A program made the translations under genes and the position numbers. From NCBI RefSeq assembly GCF_004010195.1, contig NC_057720.1, positions 29,371,949 to 29,435,948 on the forward strand: a stretch of 64,000 nucleotides of DNA, written 5' to 3'. Of the stretch, positions 25,008 to 39,488 are shown piece by piece (position 1 is the first letter of the stretch; each line of letters begins with the position of its first letter). The notes under the pieces were generated by a model. It searched no databases and was not told the origin of the DNA. It saw nothing but the letters and a program-made list of their open reading frames with translations. This DNA comes from Chiloscyllium plagiosum (taxonomy: Eukaryota).

Positions 25008-28000
25008 GTTTGTTGTCTATTCAGCTGTGCCAGCATTTATTGTACATCCCTAATTTTCTTGGAAAGGTGGTGGTGTCCATGTGATGTATGTACATTCTTA
25101 GTGCTCTTAGGACAGGAGTCCCAGAATTTTTGACCTAGCAACAATGAAGGAACAGCAATATATTTCCAAATCAGGATGGTGAGGAGGGGAACTTGCTGTG
25201 GTGGTGTTCCCATGTATCTGCTGCTATTCACCTTCTAGATGTTGCAGACATGGGAGTAGAAGGTGCTGTCTAAGGAGTTTTGGTGAGTTGTTGTAGTGCA
25301 TCTTGTAGAAATTGTACACTATGCTGATGGTGAAAGATCTAAACTTGGAAAGTGGAAGATGTGGTGCTACTCATGCAGAATGCTTTATCATAGATGATAT
25401 TGAGCATTTTGAGTGTTTTTGGAGCTTTATTCATCCAGGGAGTTGGTGAGTATTCCATTACACTCCTGATTTATACCTTGCAGATGATGGTCAAATTTTG
25501 GATAGACAGAAAATGAGTTACTCACCTCAGAGTTCTTAGTGATTTGATTTGTGATTTTCTATACATTTGTCCACATAATACACACCACAGGAAGTTGAGC
25601 TTGATGTTTAATTGCAACATGAATTATTTATATGGCTATAATATCACAGACTTAAACACATACTCTTGGTTCTGTGCTTACTAATGACACTGTACATTAC
25701 ATATCTATAGCTGACTGACTGAACACCACACAAACTCCATGACAGATTGACTGAAGGCAGGATATGTAGTTTTATACCGTCACATGACACTTTGGGTTAC
25801 AGGACTGTCTTATCCTGCCTTAATCTAACAATGCAGAGTCTTGTTTCTGACCTTTTTTTAGCCACAGTATTTATACAGATGGTACAGTTTGGTTTCCAGT
25901 CAATGGTACCTCCAGGACTGCTTCAGCTTCTGAGGAGCCATGACTGGTGCTGAATATTGTGCAATCTTCTGATTGGAAGAAAAGTTATTCAGCTGACGAT
26001 AGTTAGGTCTGTGGAAGATCTACAGTGATATATGGCACTGAAAGGATTGACATCCAATAACCACTGCCATCTTTCTTTGTGCTAGGTATGACTCCAACTA
26101 GTTAAAATGTTCCCTCTTGATTCCCATTGATTGCAATTTTGATAGGACTTCATGGTATCACATTTGATCAAGTGTTTTCCTGACGTCAAGAGCACTCATT
26201 CTCACCTCACCTCCAGAATTAAGCTCTTCAGTCTATGTTTGATCCAATGTAGTAAGAGATCAGGAGCTGAGTGATTCTGGTGTGATAGCAAGTTAAAGTT
26301 CACTAAGTGCTATTTGACAGCATTAGGACTTTTCCAGTGCTTTGCCAATGACCAAGAGTAGTCTGATGGGGCAATACTTAGACTTGCTGGATTTGTTATC
26401 CTTTTTGATGACAGGGCATAGCTGAGCAATTTTCCACGATGCCAAGTAGGTGCCAGTGTTGTAGCTGTACTGGAACAGCTTGGCAAGGGGTGTAATGAAT
26501 TCTGGAGCATGAGTTTTCAGTACTATAGCTGAAATGTTGTCAAGGCACATTGCCTTTGTCATATTCAGTCCCCCTTCAGCCATTTCTTGCTGTCATGTGG
26601 AGTGAATGAAATTGGCTGAGCACCTGCAGCTGTGATGTTGAGACCCCAGGAGGAGGTGAATCATCTACTCAGCACTTCAGACTGAAGATTTTTGTGAATC
26701 CATTTTTATCTTTTGCACTGAAATGTTGGACTGTTTTTTCTTGAGGATGAGGATATTTATAGATATAGATATTTATATATTTACATCCTGTAGTTAGTCA
26801 TTTAATTGTCCAATTAATTGCCAACCATCATCCACACTTGATGTGACAGGATGATAGAAATTAGATTTGATCTCTTTGTTTTGGATTGCCTAGCCCTGTC
26901 AAGTGCATGCTGTTTCATCCTGTGTTGTAACTCCATCAGTTTTGGCATATGATATAGGATATGATACAGCACCTCATGCATGCCCAGTTTTGTGTTGCTC
27001 AATCTAGTTGAAATTTGTGCCATTTAGCACAGTGGTAGTACCACAGAGCACAATGGAAGATATCGTCATTGTGAAGACAGAACTTGATCTCTGCAAAGAC
27101 TGTGGATTGTTCACTCCTACCAATGCCAATAATGTTATAGACAGATGCATCTGCAATAATTGGATCTGTTAGATGAAGTCAAATAGGTTTCCCTCTTGCC
27201 GGTTTACTTACCATCTGATGCAGAATCAATCTAACAGTGGCTATGGCCATCAAAGTCAGTAGTAGTGGCTACTACACCACCCTTGATTATGGACATTGAC
27301 ATGGACATTCTGTACCCTTGCCACTCTTTCTTCAATTAGTTAGTGTTCAATATGGAGGGGTATTGATTCATATGTGAGGTCTAATGGGATCCAGAGTCAA
27401 TTTTGAAGACTCTCGGGGCAATATGTTCTTGCCCACAAACCACTTTGCTGCCAGTGGTTTAGAACATACCCAGATCTAGAATTCCAAAATTCAATTTAAC
27501 TTAAATTATAAGCCTCGGATCCAACTAAGTACAAGACCTTTCTGGGACCAATGTGCTTCGACAAGATTCACCAACTTGTTAAGTGATCAAACAAGTACAA
27601 CAGAAATATCATTGTGCAATCAGCTGCTCCACAGGAGAATATTGATCCATAGCTGCCTGGGGTACTGTCTCTTCTTTCTCTTTTCTCTTTCTGTACACAC
27701 AATTACTGAAAAGTATGCATTATTAAACCTTTCCAAACCATAACCTATTGTAGCATCAGAGATGTTTCTGATTGTTCATCCACTGTATGATTCTGAAGTA
27801 CTTCAGTACTTCATAGATTGGTCAGGGAGTGCAGTGATTATTTTCCTGATATGTAGTGGTTGTCTTCCCATTATTGACTGATCAGTCCTTTAAAGTGTCA
27901 TTAATTTGTGAGATTTTCCCTGGTCATTATCGATTTATCAATCATTTTATTAAATTTTGTATGGTTTATCACTGGGATAACAAAATATTTTAAGATGTTG

Positions 28001-29020
28001 CGTTTGCCCATTTGTTTAGAATAGGAACATGGATGCTGTCATGTCCGCGTGAATGACACCTTGATTTCATTATCTGTTTCGTAATTGCTAAAATCCTTCA
28101 TTAAATCCATATCAATGACTATTGTTGTGTAAAGTTGTTGCTTGACTAGTTTAGAACATTACAGTGCATTATGGGACACCTCTCCCAATTTTGGCACAAA
28201 CTCCTAGATGTTAGTAAGGAAGACTTTGCAGCATCGATAGTGTTAGATTTTCTAACCTCCCTTTGAGTGATAGATTAATCCTGGGTAATCTTTTGGGTTC
28301 ACTGCTTTTAAACTAAGTTGCAGTTTAATTTAACTGAATGGTTTCCCTGGCCATTTCAGAGTGTAGCTAAGATGGTGGTTGGTGAGCCCGAATACAGTTG
28401 GCGACGGTGGGCAGTGAGATGGCAACGTGGAAAACGAGCCCATTGCTGGCGAAAGACCGAGCCCGGCATGGTGGAAAGTGTGTCCAGCATGGGGGAGAAA
28501 TGAAGCGTTCGTGTGGAATGTAAGCTGTTCTGGGGAAAGCCCAGAGAGCCCACCAGGCCCATGGTGAAAGAAGGACTGTAATGCTGAACTTTTGGCTTAT
28601 TTTATTATTTTTCTACTTTGTATCTAAGATTTTGTACCTTGGTATCTTTGTACTAAGGTGTTACTGGGAATAACAATCTCATATTTTTTACTGCACTCCT
28701 GTACTTCAGTACTTGAGTACACGTGACAATAAAACCTAATTCTAATTCTAAAGAGTCAAACACAATGCTGTTGGCCTGGTGTTACATCCAAGTTTGACCA
28801 GGTAAGGATTGCAGATTTCTCTCCTGGAAGGGCATTAGTGAACCAGATGAATTTTTACATCAGTTGGCAATAGTTTTGTGACCAACATTACTGAGAAAAA
28901 CTTTTAATTTCAGTTTTATTGATAAATTTTATACTGCCCCATGTATCTTGTTTGGATTTGATCTCAGGCCTGTAAAAACATTACTAAGGGCTCTTTCCAG
29001 TGCCTTCACCACTATGTTAT
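25008..29020 (-). mobile_element. Decayed near-full-length CR1/L2-group LINE with tRNA-like head, inserted in a Deu-type SINE
   Basis: 3' tail matches 40310-41225; PLAKLFQYSYNTG...WKIAQLCPVIKK...YCPIRLL RT region; 5' head at about 28760-29015; host SINE halves at 24785-25007 and 29021-29110. Confidence 0.7.
28363..28751 (+). mobile_element. Short non-autonomous element with Rex1/Babar-like 3' tail
   Basis: Ends gagtacacgtgacaataaaacctaattctaattcta; flanked by agagt direct repeats. Confidence 0.6.
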
Positions 29021-29370
29021 CTCTTCTATGAAATAGGGCCATGGGATTTTTTTACATCCAAATAAGAGGTGAGACAAGACCTCATTTTAATGTCTCAATC
29101 CAGAGAGTAGAATTAATGGAAGGAGGATTCCATATTCCGTTTCTTTAGCAAAATCCTTTTTTTTGTTCTTTTGCCCACTCTTGTCTGATATAAAAATAAC
29201 TAAAATTATGACTTTATTCAGTAGTGGAAAGGATTAATATTAAGAATGGACAAGGTTTCAGGAACACCACGGTTAGGTGACCTGGTTTGTTGATGAATAT
29301 AATCAGGTTAATTTCAAAGTATCACCCTTTAAATTAGCTAATATTGTCTAATGTCCTCTTTATTCTGCAG

Positions 29371-29439
29371 GCCTGATGATTTCTATATTTCCTTTTATTC
29401 GAACATGGTTGGAGTATAATCGGGTTTTGCCATTTCTGG
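29371..29439 (+). CDS. Coding exon 2 (G-LMISIFPFIRTWLEYNRVLPFL-G)
   Basis: Acceptor tcctctttattctgcag|, donor CTGG|GTAAGA; 69 nt, phase 1-1, continues the second hydrophobic helix from exon 1. Confidence 0.8.
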
Positions 29440-29744
29440 GTAAGATAACACTTTAATGTGTAGAACAGCTGCAGCACCACATTTTCATTTTCTTGTTAAT
29501 TATTCTTTCTCATGCTGATGCTAGATGAATGGTAATAGGATTTATGTTTAGTTTTGTTTAAGGCTGTTCTTTCTGAAAATATTTCACACACAATGCTCAA
29601 GCAGATTTCAAATTAACCAGAATTGCATTGATGCCAGCATGTCTGCTCCAAAATAATTAATTTTACATTTTTTAATGATGTATTTGATTCCAAGGAATTA
29701 ACTAAATACAGTCGGCTCTACTTACCTGGATGTAAGGGATAAAT

Positions 29745-29960
29745 AGGAAATAGCGGGGACAGTAGACGCTGGAGAAGTCAGAGTCGATAAAGTGTGACAC
29801 TTGAAAAAGCACAGCAGGTCAGGCAGCATCTGAGGAGCAAGAGAGTCAATGTTTCAGACATAACCCTTAATCAGGGGTAAACCCATAACATCAACTCTCT
29901 TGCTTCTCAGATGCTGCCTGACCCGCTGTGCTTTTTCCAGTGTTGCACTTCATCGACTCT
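29745..29960. mobile_element. Older palindromic hammerhead-like element (related subfamily)
   Basis: Inverted arms gagtcgataaagtg...aaagcacagcaggtcaggcagcatc / gatgctgcctgacccgctgtgcttt...catcgactc; degenerate TSD tgtaagggataaat / tgtgaaggacaaat. Confidence 0.7.
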
Positions 29961-30106
29961 GTGAAGGACAAATGACTACTTAAAAATGATAACTGTGTTT
30001 TTGTCCCTACACTGACCTTTAACTTGGAAAAAAAGCATTCCTTTTCCTAACTTACATATTGATGGTAATTTGGATTAATTAAAGGCAGGCTGAATTCATT
30101 AATATA

Positions 30107-30414
30107 TTAGATTAGATTACTCACAGTGTGGAAACAGGCCCTTCAGCCCAACAAGTCCACACCGTCCCGCCGAAGCGCAACCCATACCCCTGCATTTACC
30201 CCTTACCTAACACCATGGGCAATTTAGCATGGCCAATTTACCTGACCTGCACATCTTTGGACTGTGGGAGGAAACCGGAGCACCCGGAGGAAACCCACGC
30301 AGACACGGGGAGAACGTGCAAACTCCACACAGTCAGTCGCCTGAGGCGGGAATTGAACCCGGGTCTCTGGCGCTGTGAGGCAGCAGTGCTAACCACTGTG
30401 CCACCGTGCCGCCC
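30107..30414 (-). mobile_element. HE1-type V-SINE, full length
   Basis: Reverse complement of the 6990-7307 family. Confidence 0.9.
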
Positions 30415-30764
30415 ATAGACCCATATTTAAGACCCATTGGTAAATGACATTATAGTAAACATCACAACATGAACTTCCCTAATAAGACAGGTAGGTTAAA
30501 ACAAAACAATGTTGACAAATCAATATTAAGTCAGATTTACAGTATCTGCACTGCAGGAACTCACCCAGGCTAATCTTATCGCATCGCTCTCTGCAGTGAG
30601 TTCTATCCAAGAAGAACAGAAGCATTAATGCCCTGAGAACACCACCTAAATTGCCCTCCAAATCATACGCCATCCTAATTTGACCACATATCATGATTCC
30701 TTCGTGATATTAGATCCGCATTCTGGAATTTCATGCCCAACACTACTTTAAAATCTACATCACC

Positions 30765-31280
30765 ATAAAGATCACTGAAGGTGGCAGGACTGTTAACAAT
30801 ATGATTATATATAAAACATTTGCCTTTATCAATCATGACATAGATTATAAGAGCAAGGAGGTTACGTTGAAGCTGTACAAAACTGTTTGGGCCACAGCTG
30901 GAATGCTGTGTGTAGTTCCAGTCACCTCATTGTAAGAAGTTAGTGTCTGATTTGGAGGAGTTCCAGAGCACAATTACCAGAATGTTGCATAGATTGGAGT
31001 ATTATAGCTATGAACAGAGACTAGATAGGCTTGGGTTGTTTTCTTTAGAGTAGAGAAGTTTGAGGGGAGACCTGACAGGGGTGTATACAATTATGAGGGA
31101 CATGGACAGAGTGAATAGGAAGCAGCTGTTCCCCTTGCATAATGGTTCAATAGCAAAAAGAAGGACAGGATATTCAGAGGAGATTTGAGGAAATTTGTTT
31201 TCACCCAGAGGCTGTGGGAGAGTGGTAGAGGTGGGAAACCTCACAACCTCTAAAAGGTATCTGGATGTGCATTTCAAAGC
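30765..31280 (+). mobile_element. Old CR1 LINE 3' fragment
   Basis: Degenerate ORF2 C-terminus (ERLDRLGLFSLE...LRGDL). Confidence 0.7.
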
Positions 31281-34200
31281 AAGTGAGGATGCTCGAGATC
31301 TGAAATAAAAAGAGGAAGTGTTGGAGAGACCCGGCAGGTTTTTAAATCTGTGGAGACACAAAGAGAGTTGAAGTTTGGAATTCAAAATCACTCTTTTTCA
31401 GAACTCAGTAACATTGGACTTGAAAAACTAACTCTCTCTGTGCAGAGGGATGGCTCACCAGCATTTTTGAAGGTGACCGGAGATGAACGATGATTGTGTC
31501 TAGGCTCGTGCCATATCTGAGAACAATTCATATCAATTCAGAATTCAAATTCAAGTCCATGTATTACTTAAACAAGCAGTGGTAGAATATATACAAATTG
31601 GCAAAAGGACCAAGCAGAAAGAAGTGGTGTGTGATTGGCTTTCAAACTGAAGAGATATACAGTGGTTTATATCAAGATTATCTGTAGATTCAGCTGGTAC
31701 CATGGTTGATTTTCTTAATGCTAGACATTTATGCAGGAAAGAGTTTAAATTTTTACTGATACTGTTTTCTGCTATGGTTGAGACACTAATTGTCTGACTT
31801 AAGAGCTAACCTTAGGCCTGTAAGGGAATTGGAATCCCACAATGTGCACAGGACTTCAGATTTATTTTAATGCCCTGCAGGTCCTCCCGGTACAATCTGT
31901 TGTTCAAGAGCATAGGTTCTTTGCAGGCGAGTGTAAAAATCAATTTTGTTGCACCAGGAAGAGCAGGAAATAATCTCCTGATTTTTAAAAAAATGCTTAC
32001 TAATCATTCAAATTGCTTTAAACAGCCACTCATTTTCAATTTAAACAGCTTAAAGTAACAACAATGTTTAGCTGAAATTTAATTAAATCTAATGGCTTTG
32101 AAACTGTAGTTTCAAAGCCATATCTTATCTTTTGCAAAATAAAAGTTGATGTATGTCACTGTAGATCAAGTTAACTATTCCACATTAGCATCTTTAATTT
32201 AATGCATCCCAATGTTGTCCTCAATTTTGAGTACAGATTCTTAAATTGAAACCACATTCATATCTCACGTAACTTTGAAATATAAATCCCTGCTATGACT
32301 TACGAACTCAAATTGCCAATTTTTCTATTATGTTCCCAAGCCACAAAAACAAGGAAACCTCACATAGTTTAAATCAGCTCAACCAAAATAAAATATCTAA
32401 AAAATGTGAATGTGCATCGAACAATTACTGTACTTAACTTATAGTAAGAAAAACATTGATAAAAATGTTTAAAACACCTTCAAAGACAAAGCTACCTTCA
32501 GTTAAGCTGCCTTTTGTTCTATGAACTGTGTGGAGGCTGACACTAACAGTCAAGTATCATGCAGATATTTTGATCTGTGAGACTTTAAAGCAATAGGAAT
32601 GCATATATTTGTTAAGCATTCATCAAGAAATTTGCATTCATCACTTTTGCTTAAACTGAACTTGCTTACTATTATCTGATTTGATTTTTGACAGAGCTCC
32701 TTGGCTCTGAATCAATTCCTCCACCTTTTGATATCAAACCCTTTCCTAACATCAAAAACATCACTAATTTGAGCATGCATAACTTATACGGCTGCCTCAG
32801 GTTTTCTAGCATTGCTTGAATTTACCATTGTTAACAAACTGTCACCATGCAACTACAATGTGACAAGTTTCTTTAGGCTTTTACAGAGGTTTCCTTCCTT
32901 CATCAACTAAGCGATTATCCACATTAGTCCCTAGGACTCTATTACTCTATATTCTAAAGTATGTCAATTTTTCCTTCCTAACACCCTGTTGCAGTCACCA
33001 ATCTGTAGTCCATTGGGATCCTAGGTTCAACTTGACAATACTGACTTATTGGTTATGGTTATGATTTTATTTGACATGGTACAGATCACAGCCAATATCT
33101 ATAAAAAATTCCTAGGCATCTCTCTCCACTGGGGAGAGACATTTGGTACGTACAGCTTGAGAGTAACTGCTCCACATGCACATGGAAGGTGAGGAGGCAG
33201 GACTTCATGAGCTATTACAGCTTTTATGGGGATTGAACCCAAACTGTTGTCTTTATTCTGTTCGACATTTCTTGTTATCTAGCCAACAGAACTGATTGAC
33301 TCTGTCTTTATTTGACAAAGACAAGAACTAATGCACTGGAAAATTTAACAGCAATGTGCAAAGTACAATTAAAGCTGCTATTATTCCTTTTCTCTTTGGA
33401 TAGAAGGTGTGGCCCATCTCCTTTACCATCTATTCACATGTACTAGTCTATCCTTCTGGTGTCTTCTAGGGATATTCCATATGTATAGAAGCTCAAATGT
33501 TCAATCAGATCTGCATCAGAAATAGATTACAGCCTGAAAGAAAGAACTATGGAAAAAGTCAGACAATTGTATTACCTTCAATACATTATCTAATCATGTG
33601 GTCAATGCATTCATGCCCATACCCGGGCAATGTGCTGTGATTTCTTGAACTAGAATTTCAAATTGGGCTTGGGAACTTGATACCCAAATTATTTTCCGAT
33701 CTTGACCCAGCAATATGTTAGTATTAATGTGTGATGCCAAACTCAAATATGGATCAACTAACTGGGCAATGCCAAAGTGTGACACCGAATCTGCAGTGCC
33801 AGCACTGGTTTGAAAATGGGAAAAGGCTTACAGTACAATATTGAAAGGCAGCCACCAGCCATGGCTGGACACATTACTGCCTTGTTGACTAGTGCGGGAA
33901 GCAGACCAGATGTTCAAATGCACTATAACAGTTCAAGTTGCTCATTATCAGCTTCTCCAAAGCAATTAGTGATGGGCAACAAATACTTGATGTCCACATT
34001 CCATGACAGAATAAAACAAACTGTTTTTCTAAAAGTAGTTTAATTCAATGGACCAACTGATCAAACCAAAGTTCCAGATCATTAAGCCTTTTGAGCCAAA
34101 ACCCACCAAACTCACTCCTAAACATATATTTTCTTACAGGTCAAATAAATTACTGCCAAAACAACTGATATTTTAATGGAGACACTCCAGACAGCATGCC

Positions 34201-34360
34201 ACTCTTGACTAATGAAAATATCGTACCATTGTCTATTTGTAATTCAAAACAATCACTGCCTTCCAAAACAAATGTAAATCAGTAGGAATATTCTCTGCAA
34301 ATAGCAGTTCAAGTTGCTCGTCATTCTCATGACAAGCACGCACACGATTCATGAAGTACC

Positions 34361-34830
34361 TTAGATTACTTAGATTACTTACAGTGTGGAAACAGGCCCT
34401 TCGGCCCAACAAGTCCACAATGACCCGCCGAAGCACAACCCAGCCAGACCTATTCCCCTACATTTACCCCTTCACCTAACACTATGGGCAAGTACCTCTG
34501 AGGGCCAGCTAAATGTTTAAGATTAGTTTCCCTACAGTGTGGAAACAGGCCCTTCAGCCCAACCAGTCCATACCAACCATCTGAAGAGTAACCCACCCAG
34601 ACCCATTTCCCTCTGACTAATGCACCTAACACTATGGGCAATTTAGCATGGCCAATTCACCTGACCTGCATATCTTTGGACTGTAGGAGGAAACAAGAGC
34701 ATCCAGAGGAAACCCACACAGACACGGTGAGAATGTTCAAATTCCACACAAACAATCATCTGAGACTGGAATCAAACCTGGGACCCTGGTGCTGTGAAGC
34801 AGCAGTACTCACCACTGAACCATCGTGCTA
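34361..34830 (-). mobile_element. Two adjacent HE1-type SINEs (truncated 34361-34490, full 34518-34830)
   Basis: Two SINE tails and one complete V-domain and tRNA head. Confidence 0.85.
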
Positions 34831-35099
34831 TCCCTTGCTGCAGATGCTTTCGAAGCACTAACATATGAACTGAAATGTAAAATTTTGAGTGTAAATGGTT
34901 CAACTAAGCTTGTGACTTTTAAGTATTCTATACAATATTTCGCAGTCATTTTCAAAGCATCCTGTAATTTCATTTCCAAGCATGCTAACATTGAATTATA
35001 TTCTAAGCTCTATGTAGCTACCTACCTGTCATTAGGAGGTTCAAGCGCTTAATAAATCAAAATTATGAACATGGCTTTATACCTTCTTTATTGTTGTAG

Positions 35100-35171
35100 G
35101 AAACTTGAGAATCCATCCCCAGCAATCAAACAATCATCCAGAGTTAGCATCTGTCAGTTATACAAGAGAAG
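35100..35171 (+). CDS. Coding exon 3 (G-NLRIHPQQSNNHPELASVSYTRE)
   Basis: Acceptor ccttctttattgttgtag|, donor GAAG|GTAATT; 72 nt, phase 1-1, open frame. Confidence 0.75.
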
Positions 35172-36016
35172 GTAATTTGAATATTATTGTTTATCTCTTT
35201 GAGAACACTGTTAATATGATCTATAATTTATAGATAAAAGGTTTCAAAGAAGTTCGTCTCATTGTTTTTTTTCCTCTGAAGATTCCCTCTTCAGTATTTT
35301 TACTGCAGTCATAAATAATGTTTTGAATTTGTTTTGCTGCATCAGAAATAGTGATTAGAGGATATCATCACATGTAAACTTATATTGTCGCTAATTAATA
35401 ATTTGTACTCTATAGTATGAATCTTGCAAGTCAAAGCTTAGTTTTTGTTTTGGAGTTTAACTTCATTTGATGACATGAGGATTGATTTATGGAAGATCAC
35501 ATCAATCCTAAAACTACATTCTGTGCACAAAATACAAAGAGAGGGAGACTTAGGGCTGTCTAACCACAAATCTGAAGAAGGTAGGAAGGGTTAACAAAGC
35601 AGTCAATAAGCATATGGGGTCTGGTGCTTAATGAACAGAGGCACAAAATACAAAAGCCAAGAAAATTGCTAACTAGATTGAAGGTTTTGGTGATGTAACA
35701 CCAGGCATTAATGTGGTACCTGTGGACTTCCAAAAGACATACAATGAAGTGCCTTGTAATGGTTTATGAGCAAAGTTTAAGCGCATAGAATAAAAGGGAT
35801 AATGACAGCACAGAAACAAATTAGCTGAGTGATTGAAAGCAGAGAGTAATTCTGAATGGTCAATTGTTTTACAGACTGAAATAAATATACAATGTGACCC
35901 CCTGGGGGTCAGTATACAGTAATGCCTCAGTCTGAGTGTACAGGGTATAAGGACAGCTTTGGAAGTGTAATGCATAGTGAGGAAACTAGTCACAGATTTC
36001 AACATTGTCTAAAAGA

Positions 36017-39000
36017 ATGTGAGGGGGGTAGATAGGCGGTTCTGTGGCCGAAAACAGGACTCCCGGATGGTATGTTGCCTCCCAGGTGCTCGGGTCAGAG
36101 ATGTCACCGATTGGCTCCAGAGCATTCTAAAAGGGGAGGGTGAACAGCCAGTTGTGTTGGTGCATGTAGGCACCAACGATATAAGTAGAAAGCGAGATGA
36201 GGTCCTGAAAGACGAATTCAGGCAGCTAGGAGAGAAGTTAAAGGGCAGGACCTCAAAGGTAGTAATCTCGGGATTACTACCAGTGTCACATGCTAGTCAG
36301 CATAGAAATGAAAAAATAGGCAGGATGAACACATGGCTTGAGGGATGGTGTAGGAGGGAGAAGGTTCAGATTTGTTGGACATTGGGACTGGTTCTGGGGA
36401 AGGTGGGACTATTACAAAAGGTAGGGTCTACATCTGAACCAGACCGGAACCAATGTCCTTCAGGGAGTTTTTGCTACTGCTGTTGGGAGGTTTTAAACTA
36501 ATGTGGCAGGGGACTGGGAACCAGAAGAGAAAACAAGCAGGCAGCGGGGTGGAGACTGGAGACATGTGAGAATTATAAAGATAACATTAATAAAGGGAAG
36601 AATAGACAGAGAGCAGGTGAGCGCAAAAGAACTGGTGGCCTGAAATGCATCTACTTTAATGCAAGGAGTATAGCGTGTAAGGCAGATGAACTTAGGGCTT
36701 GGATTGGTGCATGGGAGTATGACATTGTTGCCATCACAGAGACTTGGTTGAAGGAAAGGCATGATGACCAGCAACTAAATGTTCCAGGATATAGATGCTT
36801 CAGTCAGGACAGGGAGGGAAGTAAAAGAGGGGGTGGAGTTGCATTGCTGGTCAGGGACGATATCACGGCTGTGCTAAAGGAGCACACTATGGAGGTCTTG
36901 GGTAGTGAGGCATTATGGGTGGAGCTGAGAAATAAGAAGGGTGCAGTTACACTGTTGTGGCTGTACTACAGCCTCCCAACAGTGACCATGAGGTAGAAGA
37001 ACAAATAGGTGAACAGATTATGATTAGATGTAGAAGCAACAGCGTAGTGGTGATGGGAGATTTTAACTTTCCCAACATTGACTGGGATACACTTAGCGTC
37101 AGAGGTCTGGATGGAGTAGAATTTGTACGAAGCGTCCAGGAGAGTTTTCTAGAGCAGTATGTCAATAGTCCGACGAGGGAAGGGGCCATATAGGACCTGG
37201 TACTGGGGAACGAGCCAGGACAAGTGGTAGAAGTTGCAGTGGGGGATTTCTTTGGGAACAGTGAGCACAATTCTATAAGTTTTAGAATACTCGTAGATAA
37301 AGAAGAGAGTGGTCCTAAAGGAAGATATCAAACTGGGCCAAGGCCAATTATATCAAAATTAGACAGGAGCTGGGAAATGTGGATTTGAAGGGAAGTCCAC
37401 ATTTGAGATGTGGGAGGCTTTCAAAGATAGGTTAACAGTAGTGCAGGATAGTCATGTCCCGTTGCAGGCAAAGGATAGGAAGGGCAAGATTTATGAACCG
37501 TGGATGACAGGAGAAATTGTATGACTAGCCAAGAGGAAAAGGGAAGCTTACATAAGGTCTAGGCAGCTAACAACAGAACAGGCCCTGGGGGAATATCAGT
37601 AGAGTAGGACAAATATCAAGCGGGCCAAAAGGGGTCATGAAATAGCTTTAGCAAGCAGAATTAAGGAAAATCCCAAAGCATTTTATTCTTATATAAGAAG
37701 CAAGTGGGTAACTAGAGAAAGGATTGGTCCACTAAAAGATAATGAAGGAAGGCTGCATGTCGAACCTGAGAGAATGGGTGAGATTCTGAATGATTACTTT
37801 GCATTAGTGTTCACTGAGGAGAGGAACATGATGAATCTTGAGATTAGAGATAGAAGTTGATTAGTCTGGATCATGTTGGCATAAGTAGGGATGATGTGTT
37901 GGGTATGCTAGAGGTTATCAAGGTGGACAAATCCCCAGGACTGGATGGGGTCTATCGCAGGTTGCTGAGGGAAGCAAGAGAGGAAATAGCTAGGGCCTTG
38001 ACAGATATCTTTGTGGCATCCTTAAATACAGGTGAGGTGCCTGAGGGCTGGAAGGTTGCTCATGTTGTCCCTCTGTTCAAGAAGGGTAGTAGGGATATTC
38101 CGGGTAACTACAGACCAGTGAGCTTGACATCAGTGGTGGGGAAGTTGCTGGAGAGGGTACTGAGAGATAGGATCTATTTATGTTTAGAAAAGAATGAGCA
38201 TATCAGTGGTAGGAAACATGGTTTTGTGGGGGGAGATTGTGCCTTACCAACTTAATAGAGTTCTTCGAGGAAGTGACCAAGTTGTTAGATGAAGGAAGAG
38301 CTGTTGATGTCATATATATGGACTTTAGTAAAGCATTTGATAAGGTTCCCCATTGTAGACTAATGGAGAAAGTGAAGTCACATGGTGTGCAAGGTGTTCT
38401 AGCTAGGTAGATAAAGAACTGATTGAGCAACAGGAAACAGAGTAGTAGTTGAAGGGAGTTTCTCGAAATGGAGAAAGGTGTCCAATGGTGTTCCACAGGG
38501 GTCAGTATTGGGGCCACTGTTGTTTGTAATATACATAAATTATCTAGAAGAGGGTACTGTTGGTATAATCAGCAAGTTTGCAGATGACACAAAGATTCGT
38601 GGAGTAGCAGAAAGCATAAGGGACTGTCAAAGAATACAGGAGGATATAGATAGACTGGAGAGTTGGGCGGAAAAGTGGCAGATGGCTTTCAATCCAGACA
38701 AATGTGAGGTGATGCATTTAGGCAAGTCTAATTCTAGAGCGAATTATTCAATGAATGGAAGAGCCTTGGGAAAAGTTGATGGGCAGAGAGATCTGGGAGT
38801 GCAGGTCCATTGTACCCTGAGGGTTGCTGCATAGGTGGATAGAGTGGTCAAGAAGGCATATAGTATGCTTGCCTGCATTGGATGGGGTATTGATTGTAAG
38901 AGCTGGCAAGTCATGTTAAAATTGTACAAGACATTGGTTCGGCCGCATTTAGAATACTGTTTACAGTTCTGGGCGCCTCATTACCAAAGGATGGGGACGC

Positions 39001-39488
39001 TTTGGAGAAGGTTTACGAGGATGCTGCCTGCTGCAGAAGGTACTAGCTATGAAGAGAGGTTGAGTAGGTTAGGTTTATTTTCCCTAGAAAAAAGGAGATT
39101 GAGGAGGGACCTGATTGAGGTTTACAAAATTATGAAGGGTATAGACAGAGTGGATAGAGGCAAGCTTTCTCCCAAGGTGAAAGATTCAATGACGAGAGGT
39201 CATGCTTTCAAGGTGAGAGGTGCAAAGTTTAAGGGGAATACATGTGGAAAGCACTTCACACAGAGGGTGATGGGCATTTGGAACACGTTGCCAGCAGAGG
39301 GGGTAGAGGCAGGCACGGTAGATTCATTTAAGATGCGTCTGGGCAGATGCATGAGTAGGTGGGGAGCAGAGGGATACAGATGCTTAGGAATTGAGCAACA
39401 CGTTTAGACAGTACATTTGGATTGGCTCAGGCTTGGAGGGCTGAAGGGCCTGTTCCTGGGCTGTAGATTTTCTTTGTTCTTTGTTCTT
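36017..39488 (+). mobile_element. Long CR1 LINE: ORF1 esterase C-terminal part, ORF2 APE and RT, 3' tail; nested in an older CR1
   Basis: RMVCCLPGARV...VHVGTND (SGNH esterase), VVMGDFNFP (APE), NYRPVSLTS, GVPQGSVLGP, FADD; (TTCTTTG)n tail; several frameshifts. Confidence 0.95.

Noticed and set aside
29719..29729. U1 snRNA-like 5' end (tacttacctgg) or minus-strand donor
   Set aside because: Only about 11 nt match; no U1 body follows and no supporting exon was found
32695..32819. Phase-1 open segment after tttttgacag (ELLGSESIPPPF...)
   Set aside because: No good donor, and it would truncate the protein before the better supported exons 3-5
36017..39488. Active autonomous CR1
   Set aside because: ORF2 is broken by multiple stops and frameshifts and the 5' end is missing
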